A DNA stretch of 13,759 nucleotides. Origin: a virus (Duplodnaviria > Heunggongvirae > Uroviricota > Caudoviricetes). Positions within the stretch are counted from its first letter, which is position 1. The number at the start of each line of letters is the position of its first letter. The notes below the pieces were generated by a model, which made no database searches, was not told where the DNA came from, and saw only the letters and a list, made by a program, of their open reading frames with translations. The stretch lies in IMG/VR virus record IMGVR_UViG_2551306491_000003; one strand, written 5' to 3'. Shown here in pieces: positions 1-7,849 of this stretch. The translations under genes and the position numbers were made by a program.

Positions 1-261
1 GTTACTGCGGCGCAGTTCACGATTTTCACGTTCCAGCTCTTTCAGACGCTGACGTTCAGCGGTGGTGAGTCCACCATCACCACTCCCGGTATCCCGCTCA
101 TGCTGACGAACCCACACACGCAGAGTCTCTGGTGTACAGCCAATCTTTGGGGCAATGGAACAAATTGCCGCCCATTGTGAGTCATATTCGCCCTGACTTT
201 CCAGAACCATACGAACTGCTCGTTGACGGACCTCGGGGGAAAAACGTGTATTTTTAGTCAT
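1..261 (-). CDS. IS3-family transposase OrfA (helix-turn-helix DNA-binding subunit), N-terminal 87 codons; 3' end outside window
   Basis: Minus-strand translation from ATG (complement of 259..261): [87 protein letters not shown]. No stop within the window, which is why it is absent from the ORF track. Confidence 0.85.
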   Translation of the reverse strand, partial: MTKNTRFSPEVRQRAVRMVLESQGEYDSQWAAICSIAPKIGCTPETLRVWVRQHERDTGSGDGGLTTAERQRLKELERENRELRRSN

Positions 262-315
262 CCTGTTTACCTCTTTCTCAGGGAGTTTAGTCTCCAGGAT
301 TCCCGGGGCGGTTCA
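1..315 (-). mobile_element. IS3-family insertion sequence, IS629/IS1203-like, left-end fragment (terminal inverted repeat plus 5' part of orfA); the element continues beyond the window start
   Basis: Reverse complement of 289..315 is tgaaccgccccgggaatcctggagact, an IS3-type terminus (TG...CA) that matches 23 of 27 positions with the inverted terminus seen at 13562..13588. orfA start codon lies 54 nt inside the end. Identification as IS629 is from memory of its sequence. Confidence 0.85.
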
Positions 316-499
316 GACTGTGATCCCGGGAGAAACACTGGCAGAGCTGAATGCTCTGTCCGGACCTGCGGTCTCTCTGGTGGTGTTTTCTTCGGGATAC
401 CGCCCACGGCGCGGGGATCGCGTTGTTTATGACGGACAACAATGGACGGTCACACGGCATGAACGCTTTAACGGTAAGCCAATGATCTTTATTGAGTAA
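316..499 (+). pseudogene. 3' remnant (60 codons, no start codon) of the phage gene immediately upstream of Z, probably a head-tail joining/head completion gene, truncated by the IS insertion
   Basis: Open frame begins exactly at the IS junction and reads TVIPGETLAELNALSGPAVSLVVFSSGYRPRRGDRVVYDGQQWTVTRHERFNGKPMIFIE, stop TAA 497..499, 11 nt before the Z start. Position matches lambda FII but I could not confirm sequence similarity to FII from memory. Confidence 0.5.
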
Positions 500-510
500 A
501 GAGGTGTGGG

Positions 511-1089
511 ATGAAGGGGCTTGAGAATGCCATCCGCAATCTGAACAGCCTTGATACCCGTATGGTGCCACAGGCCAGCGCATGGGCGATAAACCGTGTG
601 GCACAGAAAGCGGGCTCGGTTGCCACCCGGCAGGTTGCCGGGAATACCGTTGCGGGAGATAACCAGGTGAAAGGGATCCCCCTGAAACTGGTTCGTCAGC
701 GTGTCCGGGTGTTTAAAGCCAGTCCGTCAGGAAAAATGACGGCCAGGATCCGCGTTAACCGGGGCAATCTGCCCGCCATTAAGCTGGGGACAGCCCGGGT
801 CAGACTGGCCCAGCGTGGTGGAAAACTGCAGTACCGTGGCAGTGTGCTGAAGGTGGGTAAATATCTTTTCCGGGATGCGTTTATTCAGCAACTGGCGAAT
901 GGTCGCTGGCATGTGATGCGGCGTATTGATGGCAAAAATCGTTACCCCATTGATGTGGTGAAAATCCCGCTGTCCGGACCGCTGACACAGGCATTTGAAG
1001 ATGCCCGCGACCGCATCATTGCTGCGGAAATGCCGAAACAGCTGGGGTATGCACTGAAACAACAACTGAGGTTATGGCTGACCCGATGA
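511..1089 (+). CDS. Z: Minor tail protein Z (lambda gpZ-like), 192 aa
   Basis: ORF 511..1089 with RBS aaagagg 5-7 nt upstream; same length as lambda Z (192 aa) and same position in the conserved gene order. Confidence 0.85.
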   Translation: MKGLENAIRNLNSLDTRMVPQASAWAINRVAQKAGSVATRQVAGNTVAGDNQVKGIPLKLVRQRVRVFKASPSGKMTARIRVNRGNLPAIKLGTARVRLAQRGGKLQYRGSVLKVGKYLFRDAFIQQLANGRWHVMRRIDGKNRYPIDVVKIPLSGPLTQAFEDARDRIIAAEMPKQLGYALKQQLRLWLTR

Positions 1090-1487
1090 ACCGACATACA
1101 CAAATCCGCCAGGTCGTACTGGCACGCCTTCGGGAACAGTGTGGAGACAGCGCCACGTTTTTTGACGGGCTTCCGGCATTTGTTGATGCGCAGGAACTGC
1201 CTGCCGTGGCGGTGTGGCTGAGTGATGCTCAGTACACCGGAAAAATGACGGATGAAGATGACTGGCAGGCTGTTCTGCATATTGCTGTCTTCATCCGGGC
1301 ACAGGCACCGGATTCAGAGCTGGATATGTGGATGGAGAGCACCATTTTCCCGGCCCTGAATGATGTATCGGCACTTTCCGGACTCATCGACACCCTGATC
1401 CCACTCGGTTTTAACTATCAACGTGATAATGAGATGGCCACCTGGGCGATGGCGGAAATCACGTACCAGATCACGTACACGAATTAA
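1086..1487 (+). CDS. U: Tail tube terminator protein U (lambda gpU-like)
   Basis: Translation carries the lambda gpU motifs ATFFDG, PAVAV, PDSELD.WMES and ends ITYQITY. ATGA start/stop overlap with Z (atg 1086..1088, tga 1087..1089) as in lambda. An in-frame ATG at 1074 is an alternative start. Confidence 0.85.
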   Translation: MNRHTQIRQVVLARLREQCGDSATFFDGLPAFVDAQELPAVAVWLSDAQYTGKMTDEDDWQAVLHIAVFIRAQAPDSELDMWMESTIFPALNDVSALSGLIDTLIPLGFNYQRDNEMATWAMAEITYQITYTN

Positions 1488-1497
1488 GGAGGTGGTA

Positions 1498-2241
1498 ATG
1501 ACCACGCCAAATCCACTGGCAAAGACGAAAGGTGCGGGGACGACGTTCTGGATGTATACCGGCAACGGCGATGCGTTTGCGAACCCTTTGTCGGACACTG
1601 ACTGGCTGCGTCTTGCGATGGTGAAGGATCTGCAACCTGGCGAAATGACCGCTGATGCAGAAGATGACACTTATCTCGATGATGAAGATGCAGACTGGAA
1701 AACGACAACCCAGGGGCAGAAATCCGTTGGTGATACTTCGGCGACGCTGGCCTGGCGTCCGGGTGACAGCGGGCAGAAAAAACTGGTTCAGTTGTTCGAC
1801 TCCGGTGAAGTCTGCGCGTTTCGTATCAAATATCCCAACGGCACTGTTGATGTTTTCCGCGGCTGGCTGAGCTCACTGGGTAAAACCATTGCCTCAAAAG
1901 ACGTGATGACCCGCACAGTGAAAATCAGCGGTGTGGGGCGTCCATATCTGGCAGAGGAGGGCACTGAAACTGTGGGCGTTACCGGGCTGACGGTGGCACC
2001 GGCATCCGCCAGTGTCAATGTGGGAGCAACCACCACGCTGACCTTTACAGTAAAACCTGACGGAGCCAGTGACAAAGCGATCAGTGTGCATTCGACAGAT
2101 CCACAGACAGCCACTGTGACCCTGAACGGACTTGTGGCCACGGTGAAAGGCGTGAAGCAGGGCAGCGTCAGCATTGTGGGCATGACCGCTGACGGGAATT
2201 TTGTGGCTGTGGCTGCGGTGACTGTCAGCGCTGCAGGTTAA
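1498..2241 (+). CDS. V: Major tail tube protein V (lambda gpV-like) with C-terminal Ig-like (Big_2-type) domain, 247 aa
   Basis: RBS aaggagg 1487..1493 then ATG 1498. Size matches lambda V (246 aa). C-terminal about 90 aa is a T/V/A/G-rich beta-strand pattern typical of Big_2 decoration domains. The track ORF 1423..2241 is an upstream in-frame extension. Confidence 0.9.
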   Translation: MTTPNPLAKTKGAGTTFWMYTGNGDAFANPLSDTDWLRLAMVKDLQPGEMTADAEDDTYLDDEDADWKTTTQGQKSVGDTSATLAWRPGDSGQKKLVQLFDSGEVCAFRIKYPNGTVDVFRGWLSSLGKTIASKDVMTRTVKISGVGRPYLAEEGTETVGVTGLTVAPASASVNVGATTTLTFTVKPDGASDKAISVHSTDPQTATVTLNGLVATVKGVKQGSVSIVGMTADGNFVAVAAVTVSAAG

Positions 2242-2261
2242 CAGGACGATACTCATCATTT

Positions 2262-2285
2262 GCCCCGGTTATCCGGGGCTTTTTT
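2262..2285 (+). terminator. Intrinsic (rho-independent) terminator-like hairpin between V and G
   Basis: gccccgg-ttat-ccggggc (7-bp GC stem, 4-nt loop) followed immediately by tttttt. Confidence 0.65.
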
Positions 2286-2301
2286 GCAGGTGGAGAACAT
2301 G

Positions 2302-2688
2302 ATGTTTCTGAAACAGGGCACGTTTAATTATGAAAAGCAGTCCGTGGTGCTCAGTGAGCTGTCCGGGCTGCAGAGAATTGAATATCTGGCGTTTGTTCAG
2401 CAGCGAACGGCAAAGTTTGATGCCGAAGAGGGAGAACTGCCGGAGGCTGAACGACAGATTGCTTTTCTGCGGATGGGGATGGATATCAATGCCTGGCTGG
2501 TTTCCCGCTCACTGTGGAATGCGGAACAGTCTCAGGATGTTGAGACGCTTTGCGCATCCGTTATTACAACATGGTCGTATGATGCCCTGGGAGCGGGGGC
2601 GGAGATGGTTCTGTCGCTGAGCGGTATGGGAGCCATTGAGAATGCCGGGGATTTGGAGCATGAGGTGCTGACGCCGGAAAAGTCCTGA
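2302..2688 (+). CDS. G: Tail assembly chaperone G (lambda gpG-like)
   Basis: Begins MFLK as lambda G does, with LSELS.LQRIE motif. RBS ggag 2292..2295. Stop TGA 2686..2688. ATG 2299 is an alternative start; the track start at 2260 is a TTG inside the terminator hairpin. Confidence 0.8.
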   Translation: MFLKQGTFNYEKQSVVLSELSGLQRIEYLAFVQQRTAKFDAEEGELPEAERQIAFLRMGMDINAWLVSRSLWNAEQSQDVETLCASVITTWSYDALGAGAEMVLSLSGMGAIENAGDLEHEVLTPEKS

Positions 2689-3026
2689 CGCGGGAAATGC
2701 AGTTTGTCATGCGGCTTGCCCGGGAGTTCCGGCGGGCAGACTGGCGGCGGATGCTGTCGGAAATGTCGGCCACTGAGCTTGGTGAGTGGGGCGATTATTT
2801 CCGGATGCAGAGCTTCAGTGATGTGTGGATGGATGCGCAGTTTGCCTCGCTGAAGGCATTGATCGTGAGAATGGTGTCCGGTAGCAGTGATGCTGCGGTG
2901 GCTGATTTCAGCCTTTTACCGGAAGAGAACGGGATACCGGAGCGAACGGACGAAGAACTGATGCATCTTGGGGAAGGTATTTCCGGAGGTGTGCGTTATG
3001 GACCAGATAGCCAACCTGGTCATTGA
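2664..3026 (+). CDS. T: T-frame segment of the tail assembly chaperone, expected to be expressed only as a G-T fusion by programmed -1 ribosomal frameshift near 2676..2682
   Basis: The -1 frame relative to G opens after a TGA at 2661..2663 and overlaps the last 25 nt of G. There is no RBS for the first ATG at 2697. Position and size match lambda T. Confidence 0.7.
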   Translation, partial: GADAGKVLTREMQFVMRLAREFRRADWRRMLSEMSATELGEWGDYFRMQSFSDVWMDAQFASLKALIVRMVSGSSDAAVADFSLLPEENGIPERTDEELMHLGEGISGGVRYGPDSQPGH

Positions 3027-6000
3027 TTTGGGGATTGATGCGGCAGAGTTTAAAAATGAAATTCCCCGTATCAAAAACCTTCTGAATGGTGCAGCCAGCG
3101 ATGCAGAACGGTCTTCTGCCCGTATGCAGCGTTTTATGGAGCGTCAGACTCAGGCCGCCCGGCAGACAATGCAGGCGGCTTCTTCGGCTGCAACAGCCGC
3201 ATCCGTCCATGCGCAGACGGTGGAGAAGAGCGCACAGGCTCATGAACGCATGGCCCGCGAGGTGGAGCAAACCCGCCAGCGTATGGAGGCACTGAGCCAG
3301 AAAATGCGCGAGGAACAGGCGCAGGCCATGGCTCTGGCGGAGGCTCAGGATAAAGCGGCTGCTGCGTTTTATCGTCAGATTGACAGTGTGAAACAGGCCG
3401 GTGCGGGGCTGCAGGAATTACAGCGTATTCAGCAACAGATCCGACAGGCCAGAAACAGTGGCGGGATTGGTCAGCAGGATTATCTGGCGCTGATTTCTGA
3501 GGTTACGGCGAAAACCCGTGTTCTTACACAGGCTGAGGAAGAGGCTACCCGACAGAAAGTGGCGTTTATCCGTCAGCTTAAAGAGCAGGCAACCCGCCAG
3601 AATCTTTCTTCTTCTGAGTTGCTTCGTGCTAAGGCTGCCCAGCTGGGGGTAAGCAGTGCTGCAGAAGTGTATATCCGCAAAATGGAGCAGGCAGGAAAAG
3701 CCACGCATTCGCTGGGTCTGAAAAGTGCAGCAGCCCGTCAGGAGATAGGCGTTCTGATAGGTGAACTGGCCCGCGGCAATTTAGGTGCGCTGAGGGGATC
3801 CGGAATAACGCTGGCTAACCGTGCCGGGTGGATAGACACACTGATGTCACCGAAAGGCATGATGCCAGGAGCGGTTATTGGCGGTATTGCCGCGGCTGTC
3901 TATGGTCTGGGTAAAGCCTGGTATGACGGTCAGAAGGAGGGGGAAGAATTTAACCGCCAGCTGTCGCTGACGGGGCATTATGCCGGAGTCACTGCCGGGC
4001 AGCTGTGGACGCTCAGTCGTGCTATTTCCGGGAATGGTATCACGCAACATGCTGCAGCCGGTGCGCTGGCTCAGGTGGTGGGGAGTGGTGCATTTCGTGG
4101 AAACGATATCGGTATGGTGGCGAGAGCTGCCGCACAGATGGAGCGATCGGTTGGCCAGTCGGTCAGCGATACCATAAATCAGTTTAAGCGGCTGAAGGAT
4201 GATCCTGTAAATGCCGCGAAGGCTCTGGACAATGAGCTGCATTTTCTTACTGCCACTCAGCTTGAGCAGATACGCGTCCTTGGGGAGCAGGGGCGGTCCA
4301 GTGATGCTGCACGGATAGCCATGTCTGCACTGGCAGAGGAAACCGGTCGGCGTACTGCGGATATTGATAATAACCTCAATGCGCTTGGCAGTACGCTGAA
4401 GTATCTGTCTGATTTGTGGAGTCGTTTCTGGGATGCGGCCATGAATATTGGTCGTGAAGACTCGCTGGATGAACAGATTGCCGCTTTACAGGAGAAAGTG
4501 TCGCGGGCGAAAAGACTCCCCTGGACGGCATCATCTTCTCAGGTTGAATACGATCAGCAGCGTCTTAACGATCTTCAGGAGAAAAAACGCCAGAAGGATT
4601 TGCAGGATGCAAAAGAGCAGGCAGAGCGGAATTATCAGGAGCAACAGAAACGCCGTAATGCTGAAAATGCTGCACTGAACCGGATGAATGAAACGGAAGC
4701 AGCACGACATCAGCGTGAAATAGCGCGTATTAATGCCATGCAGTACGCCGATCAGGCTGTCAGGGATGCGGCGATACAACGTGAAAATGAACGTTACGAG
4801 AAAGCCCTGGCATCCGGTAAGAAAAAAACACGCGAAACCCGTAATGATGAGGCCACCCGGTTATTGCTGCAGTACAGTCAGCAACAGGCACAGGTGGAAG
4901 GACAGATTGCTGCTGCCAGACAGTCAGCAGGCATTGCCACGGAAAGGATGACAGAAGCGCGTAAACAGCTTCTGGCTCTGCAGCAGCGCATCAGCGACCT
5001 GGACGGGAAAAAACTGACGGCAGATGAAAAGAGTGTGCTGGCCCGTAAAGATGAACTGATTCAGGCACTGACGCTGCTGGATGTAAAACAGCAGGAGCTT
5101 CAGAAACAGACGGCACTCAACGAGCTGAAGAAAAAAACAATTCAGCTGACCAGTCAACTGGCTGAAGAAGAGCGCGCTCAGCGTCAGCAACATGACCTGG
5201 ATATCGCCACGGTGGGTATGGGTGATCAGCAGCGACAGCGATATCAGGTACAACTGAGTCTTCGCCAGAAATACCAGCAACAGCTGGAGCAGTTGAGGCG
5301 GGATAGTGAGCAGAAAGGGACATATAACACGGATGACTACAGAAAGGCCGAGCAGGCGCTGACGGAGAGCCTGAACCGACAACTGAATGAGAATCGCCGT
5401 TACTGGCAACAGCTTGAAGTTGTACAGGGTAACTGGAAAAACGGAGTCCTGCGTGCATTTCAGGATTTTACCGTGGATGCAGATAATACGGCAGAAACAG
5501 CAGAACAGGTGTTCTCGTCAGCCTTCAGCAACATGGGAAATGGCCTGGCAACTTTTGTCACTACCGGCAAACTCAATTTCAAATCCTTCACCTCTTCTGT
5601 GCTGTCAGATATGGCGAAAATCCTGGCGCAGGCAACCATGATGAAATCGATAAAAGGGATTGGCAGTGTACTGGGATTTGATCTCAGCAGCCTTTCCCTG
5701 AATGCCAATGGGGGGATTTATCAGTCTGCTGATTTGAGTCGTTACAGTGGCACGGTGGTTAACCGTCCGACGTTTTTTGCTTTTGCAAAAGGCGCGGGTG
5801 TGATGGGGGAAGCGGGACCTGAAGCCATTCTGCCATTGCGTCGTGGTGCTGACGGTAAGCTGGGGGTTGTGGCGGATATTGGGGGTTCAGGTATGGCGAT
5901 GTTTTCCCCGCAGTACAACATCGAGATCAATAACGATGGCACGAACGGGCAGATAGGTCCGGCTGCCCTGAAGGCGGTTTATGACCTCGGGAAAAAAGCG

Positions 6001-6063
6001 GCAGCGGACTTTATGCAACAGCAGGCCCGTGATGGTGGTCGGTTAAGTGGAGCATATCGGTAA
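2998..6063 (+). CDS. H: Tail tape measure protein H (lambda gpH-like), 1021 aa
   Basis: RBS ggagg 2985..2989 then ATG 2998. N-terminus MDQIANLVIDLGIDAAEF resembles lambda H MAEPVGDLVVDLSLDAARF; C-terminus contains INNDGTNGQIGPAALKAVYD and DGG as in lambda H. Long Q/E/R/K/A-rich central coiled-coil region. The track ORF start 2968 is TTG. Confidence 0.9.
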   Translation: MDQIANLVIDLGIDAAEFKNEIPRIKNLLNGAASDAERSSARMQRFMERQTQAARQTMQAASSAATAASVHAQTVEKSAQAHERMAREVEQTRQRMEALSQKMREEQAQAMALAEAQDKAAAAFYRQIDSVKQAGAGLQELQRIQQQIRQARNSGGIGQQDYLALISEVTAKTRVLTQAEEEATRQKVAFIRQLKEQATRQNLSSSELLRAKAAQLGVSSAAEVYIRKMEQAGKATHSLGLKSAAARQEIGVLIGELARGNLGALRGSGITLANRAGWIDTLMSPKGMMPGAVIGGIAAAVYGLGKAWYDGQKEGEEFNRQLSLTGHYAGVTAGQLWTLSRAISGNGITQHAAAGALAQVVGSGAFRGNDIGMVARAAAQMERSVGQSVSDTINQFKRLKDDPVNAAKALDNELHFLTATQLEQIRVLGEQGRSSDAARIAMSALAEETGRRTADIDNNLNALGSTLKYLSDLWSRFWDAAMNIGREDSLDEQIAALQEKVSRAKRLPWTASSSQVEYDQQRLNDLQEKKRQKDLQDAKEQAERNYQEQQKRRNAENAALNRMNETEAARHQREIARINAMQYADQAVRDAAIQRENERYEKALASGKKKTRETRNDEATRLLLQYSQQQAQVEGQIAAARQSAGIATERMTEARKQLLALQQRISDLDGKKLTADEKSVLARKDELIQALTLLDVKQQELQKQTALNELKKKTIQLTSQLAEEERAQRQQHDLDIATVGMGDQQRQRYQVQLSLRQKYQQQLEQLRRDSEQKGTYNTDDYRKAEQALTESLNRQLNENRRYWQQLEVVQGNWKNGVLRAFQDFTVDADNTAETAEQVFSSAFSNMGNGLATFVTTGKLNFKSFTSSVLSDMAKILAQATMMKSIKGIGSVLGFDLSSLSLNANGGIYQSADLSRYSGTVVNRPTFFAFAKGAGVMGEAGPEAILPLRRGADGKLGVVADIGGSGMAMFSPQYNIEINNDGTNGQIGPAALKAVYDLGKKAAADFMQQQARDGGRLSGAYR

Positions 6064-6392
6064 TGGAGACGTTTCACTGGAAAGTGCGCCCGGATATGAA
6101 TGTGGTATCAGAGCCGAAAGTGGTGACAGTGAAGCTGGGCGATGGTTATGAACAGCGTCGTGCGGCGGGACTGAATAACCAGTTGTCGACTTACAGCGTG
6201 ACGATACGTGTTCGTAAATGTGAACACCCATCTTTAAAAGCCTTTCTGGAACGGCACGGTGGCGTCCGTGCATTTCAGTGGACGCCACCTTATGACTGGA
6301 AACCGATCAGGGTGGTTTGTCGTAAATGGTCGGCAAGCGTGGGGGCGCTGTGGGTAACCATAACGGCAGATTTTGAACAGGTCGTGGCATAG
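6063..6392 (+). CDS. M: Tail tip assembly protein M (lambda gpM-like), 109 aa
   Basis: TAATG overlap with the H stop. Same length as lambda M, with motifs FHWKV, GDGYEQR, TYSVT, WTPPYDW, AEFEQVV-like. Confidence 0.85.
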   Translation: METFHWKVRPDMNVVSEPKVVTVKLGDGYEQRRAAGLNNQLSTYSVTIRVRKCEHPSLKAFLERHGGVRAFQWTPPYDWKPIRVVCRKWSASVGALWVTITADFEQVVA

Positions 6393-6401
6393 GAGGCTCT
6401 G

Positions 6402-7100
6402 ATGCAGGATATTCCACAGGAAACACATCATGAGACGACACGCCTCACTCAGTCAGCCCAGGCGGTGCTCTGGGAAATCGATCTGACAGAGGTCGGTGGT
6501 GAACGTTATTTTTTCTGTAATGAGCAGAACGAAAAAGGTGAGCCGGTTACCTGGCAGGGGCGGCAGTATCAGGCATACCCCATTCAGGGGACGGGATTTG
6601 AACTGAACGGCAAGGGCAGTTCTGCCCGTCCGACACTGACGGTTTCTAACCTGCACGGCATGGTCACGGGGATGGCGGAAGACCTGCAGAGTCTGGTCGG
6701 CGGAACGGTGGTCCGGCGTAAGGTTTACGCCCGTTTTCTGGATGCGGTGAACTTCGTCAACGGAAACAGCGACGCCGATCCGGAGCAGGAGGTGATCAGC
6801 CGCTGGCGCATTGAGCAGTGCAGCGAACTGAGCGCGGTGAGTGCCTCTTTTGTACTGTCCACGCCGACGGAAACGGACGGCGCTGTTTTTCCGGGACGTA
6901 TCATGCTGGCCAACACCTGCACCTGGACCTATCGCGGCGATGAGTGCGGTTATCACGGTCCGGCGGTCGCGGATGAATATGACCAGCCAACGTCCGATAT
7001 CACGAAGGATAAATGCAGCAAATGCCTGAGCGGTTGTAAGTTCCGCAATAACGTCGGCAACTTTGGCGGCTTCCTTTCCATTAACAAACTTTCGCAGTAA
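6402..7100 (+). CDS. L: Tail tip protein L (lambda gpL-like), 232 aa, with C-terminal four-cysteine cluster
   Basis: RBS aggagg 6391..6396. Same length as lambda L. Cysteine codons at 6918, 7015, 7024, 7035 (C-x..-C-x2-C-x3-C). Confidence 0.85.
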   Translation: MQDIPQETHHETTRLTQSAQAVLWEIDLTEVGGERYFFCNEQNEKGEPVTWQGRQYQAYPIQGTGFELNGKGSSARPTLTVSNLHGMVTGMAEDLQSLVGGTVVRRKVYARFLDAVNFVNGNSDADPEQEVISRWRIEQCSELSAVSASFVLSTPTETDGAVFPGRIMLANTCTWTYRGDECGYHGPAVADEYDQPTSDITKDKCSKCLSGCKFRNNVGNFGGFLSINKLSQ

Positions 7101-7105
7101 ATCCC

Positions 7106-7849
7106 ATGACACAGACAGAATCAGCGATTCTGGCGCACGCCCGGCGATGTGCGCCAGCGGAGTCGTGCGGCTTCGTGGTAAGCACGCCGGAGGGGGAAAG
7201 ATATTTCCCCTGCGTGAATATCTCCGGTGAGCCGGAGGCGTATTTCCGTATGTCGCCGGAAGACTGGCTGCAGGCAGAAATGCAGGGTGAGATTGTGGCG
7301 CTGGTCCACAGCCACCCCGGTGGTCTGCCCTGGCTGAGTGAGGCCGACCGGCGGCTGCAGGTGCAGAGTGATTTGCCGTGGTGGCTGGTCTGCCGGGGGA
7401 CGATTCATAAGTTCCGCTGTGTGCCGCATCTCACCGGGCGGCGCTTTGAGCACGGGGTGACGGACTGTTACACGCTGTTCCGGGATGCTTATCATCTGGC
7501 GGGGATTGAGATGCCGGATTTTCATCGCGAGGATGACTGGTGGCGTCACGGTCAGAATCTCTATCTGGATAATCTGGAGGCCACAGGGCTGTATCAGGTG
7601 CCGTTGTCATCAGCACAACCGGGCGATGTGCTGCTGTGCTGTTTTGGTTCATCGGTGCCGAATCATGCCGCCATTTACTGTGGTGATGGCGAGCTGCTGC
7701 ACCATATTCCTGAACAACTGAGCAAACGAGAGAGGTATACCGACAAATGGCAGCGACGCACACACTCCCTCTGGCGTCACCGGGCATGGCGCGCATCTGC
7801 CTTTACGGGGATTTGCAACGATTTGGCCGCCGCATCGACCTTCGTGTAA
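7106..7849 (+). CDS. K: Tail tip assembly protein K (lambda gpK-like), 247 aa from first ATG: N-terminal JAB/MPN (JAMM) metallopeptidase domain plus C-terminal NlpC/P60 domain
   Basis: JAMM motif H-S-H-x7-S-x2-D (HSHPGGLPWLSEAD) at 7307..7348. NlpC/P60-type Cys (VTDCYTL) and downstream His residues (NHAAIY, LHHIPE). An internal ATG at 7250 (Met49) corresponds to the 199-aa lambda annotation. Confidence 0.8.
   Translation: MTQTESAILAHARRCAPAESCGFVVSTPEGERYFPCVNISGEPEAYFRMSPEDWLQAEMQGEIVALVHSHPGGLPWLSEADRRLQVQSDLPWWLVCRGTIHKFRCVPHLTGRRFEHGVTDCYTLFRDAYHLAGIEMPDFHREDDWWRHGQNLYLDNLEATGLYQVPLSSAQPGDVLLCCFGSSVPNHAAIYCGDGELLHHIPEQLSKRERYTDKWQRRTHSLWRHRAWRASAFTGICNDLAAASTFV

Noticed and set aside
223-604. 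Track ORFs 223..432 (+) and 287..604 (-) spanning the IS junction
   Set aside because: They cross the IS terminus at 315/316 and overlap real genes in other frames; no homology-like features.
1423-1497. Upstream in-frame extension of V (track ORF 1423..2241)
   Set aside because: It overlaps the 3' end of U and lacks an RBS, whereas ATG 1498 has a near-consensus aaggagg at optimal spacing.
2260-2301. Track ORF start at 2260 extending G by 13 to 14 codons
   Set aside because: The start is a TTG inside the terminator hairpin stem; the lambda-like MFLK start with RBS is at 2299/2302.
3847-5409. Several 100-160-aa minus-strand ORFs inside H
   Set aside because: Antisense to the tape measure gene; hydrophobic or low-complexity translations from a repetitive coiled-coil coding region; most likely chance ORFs.
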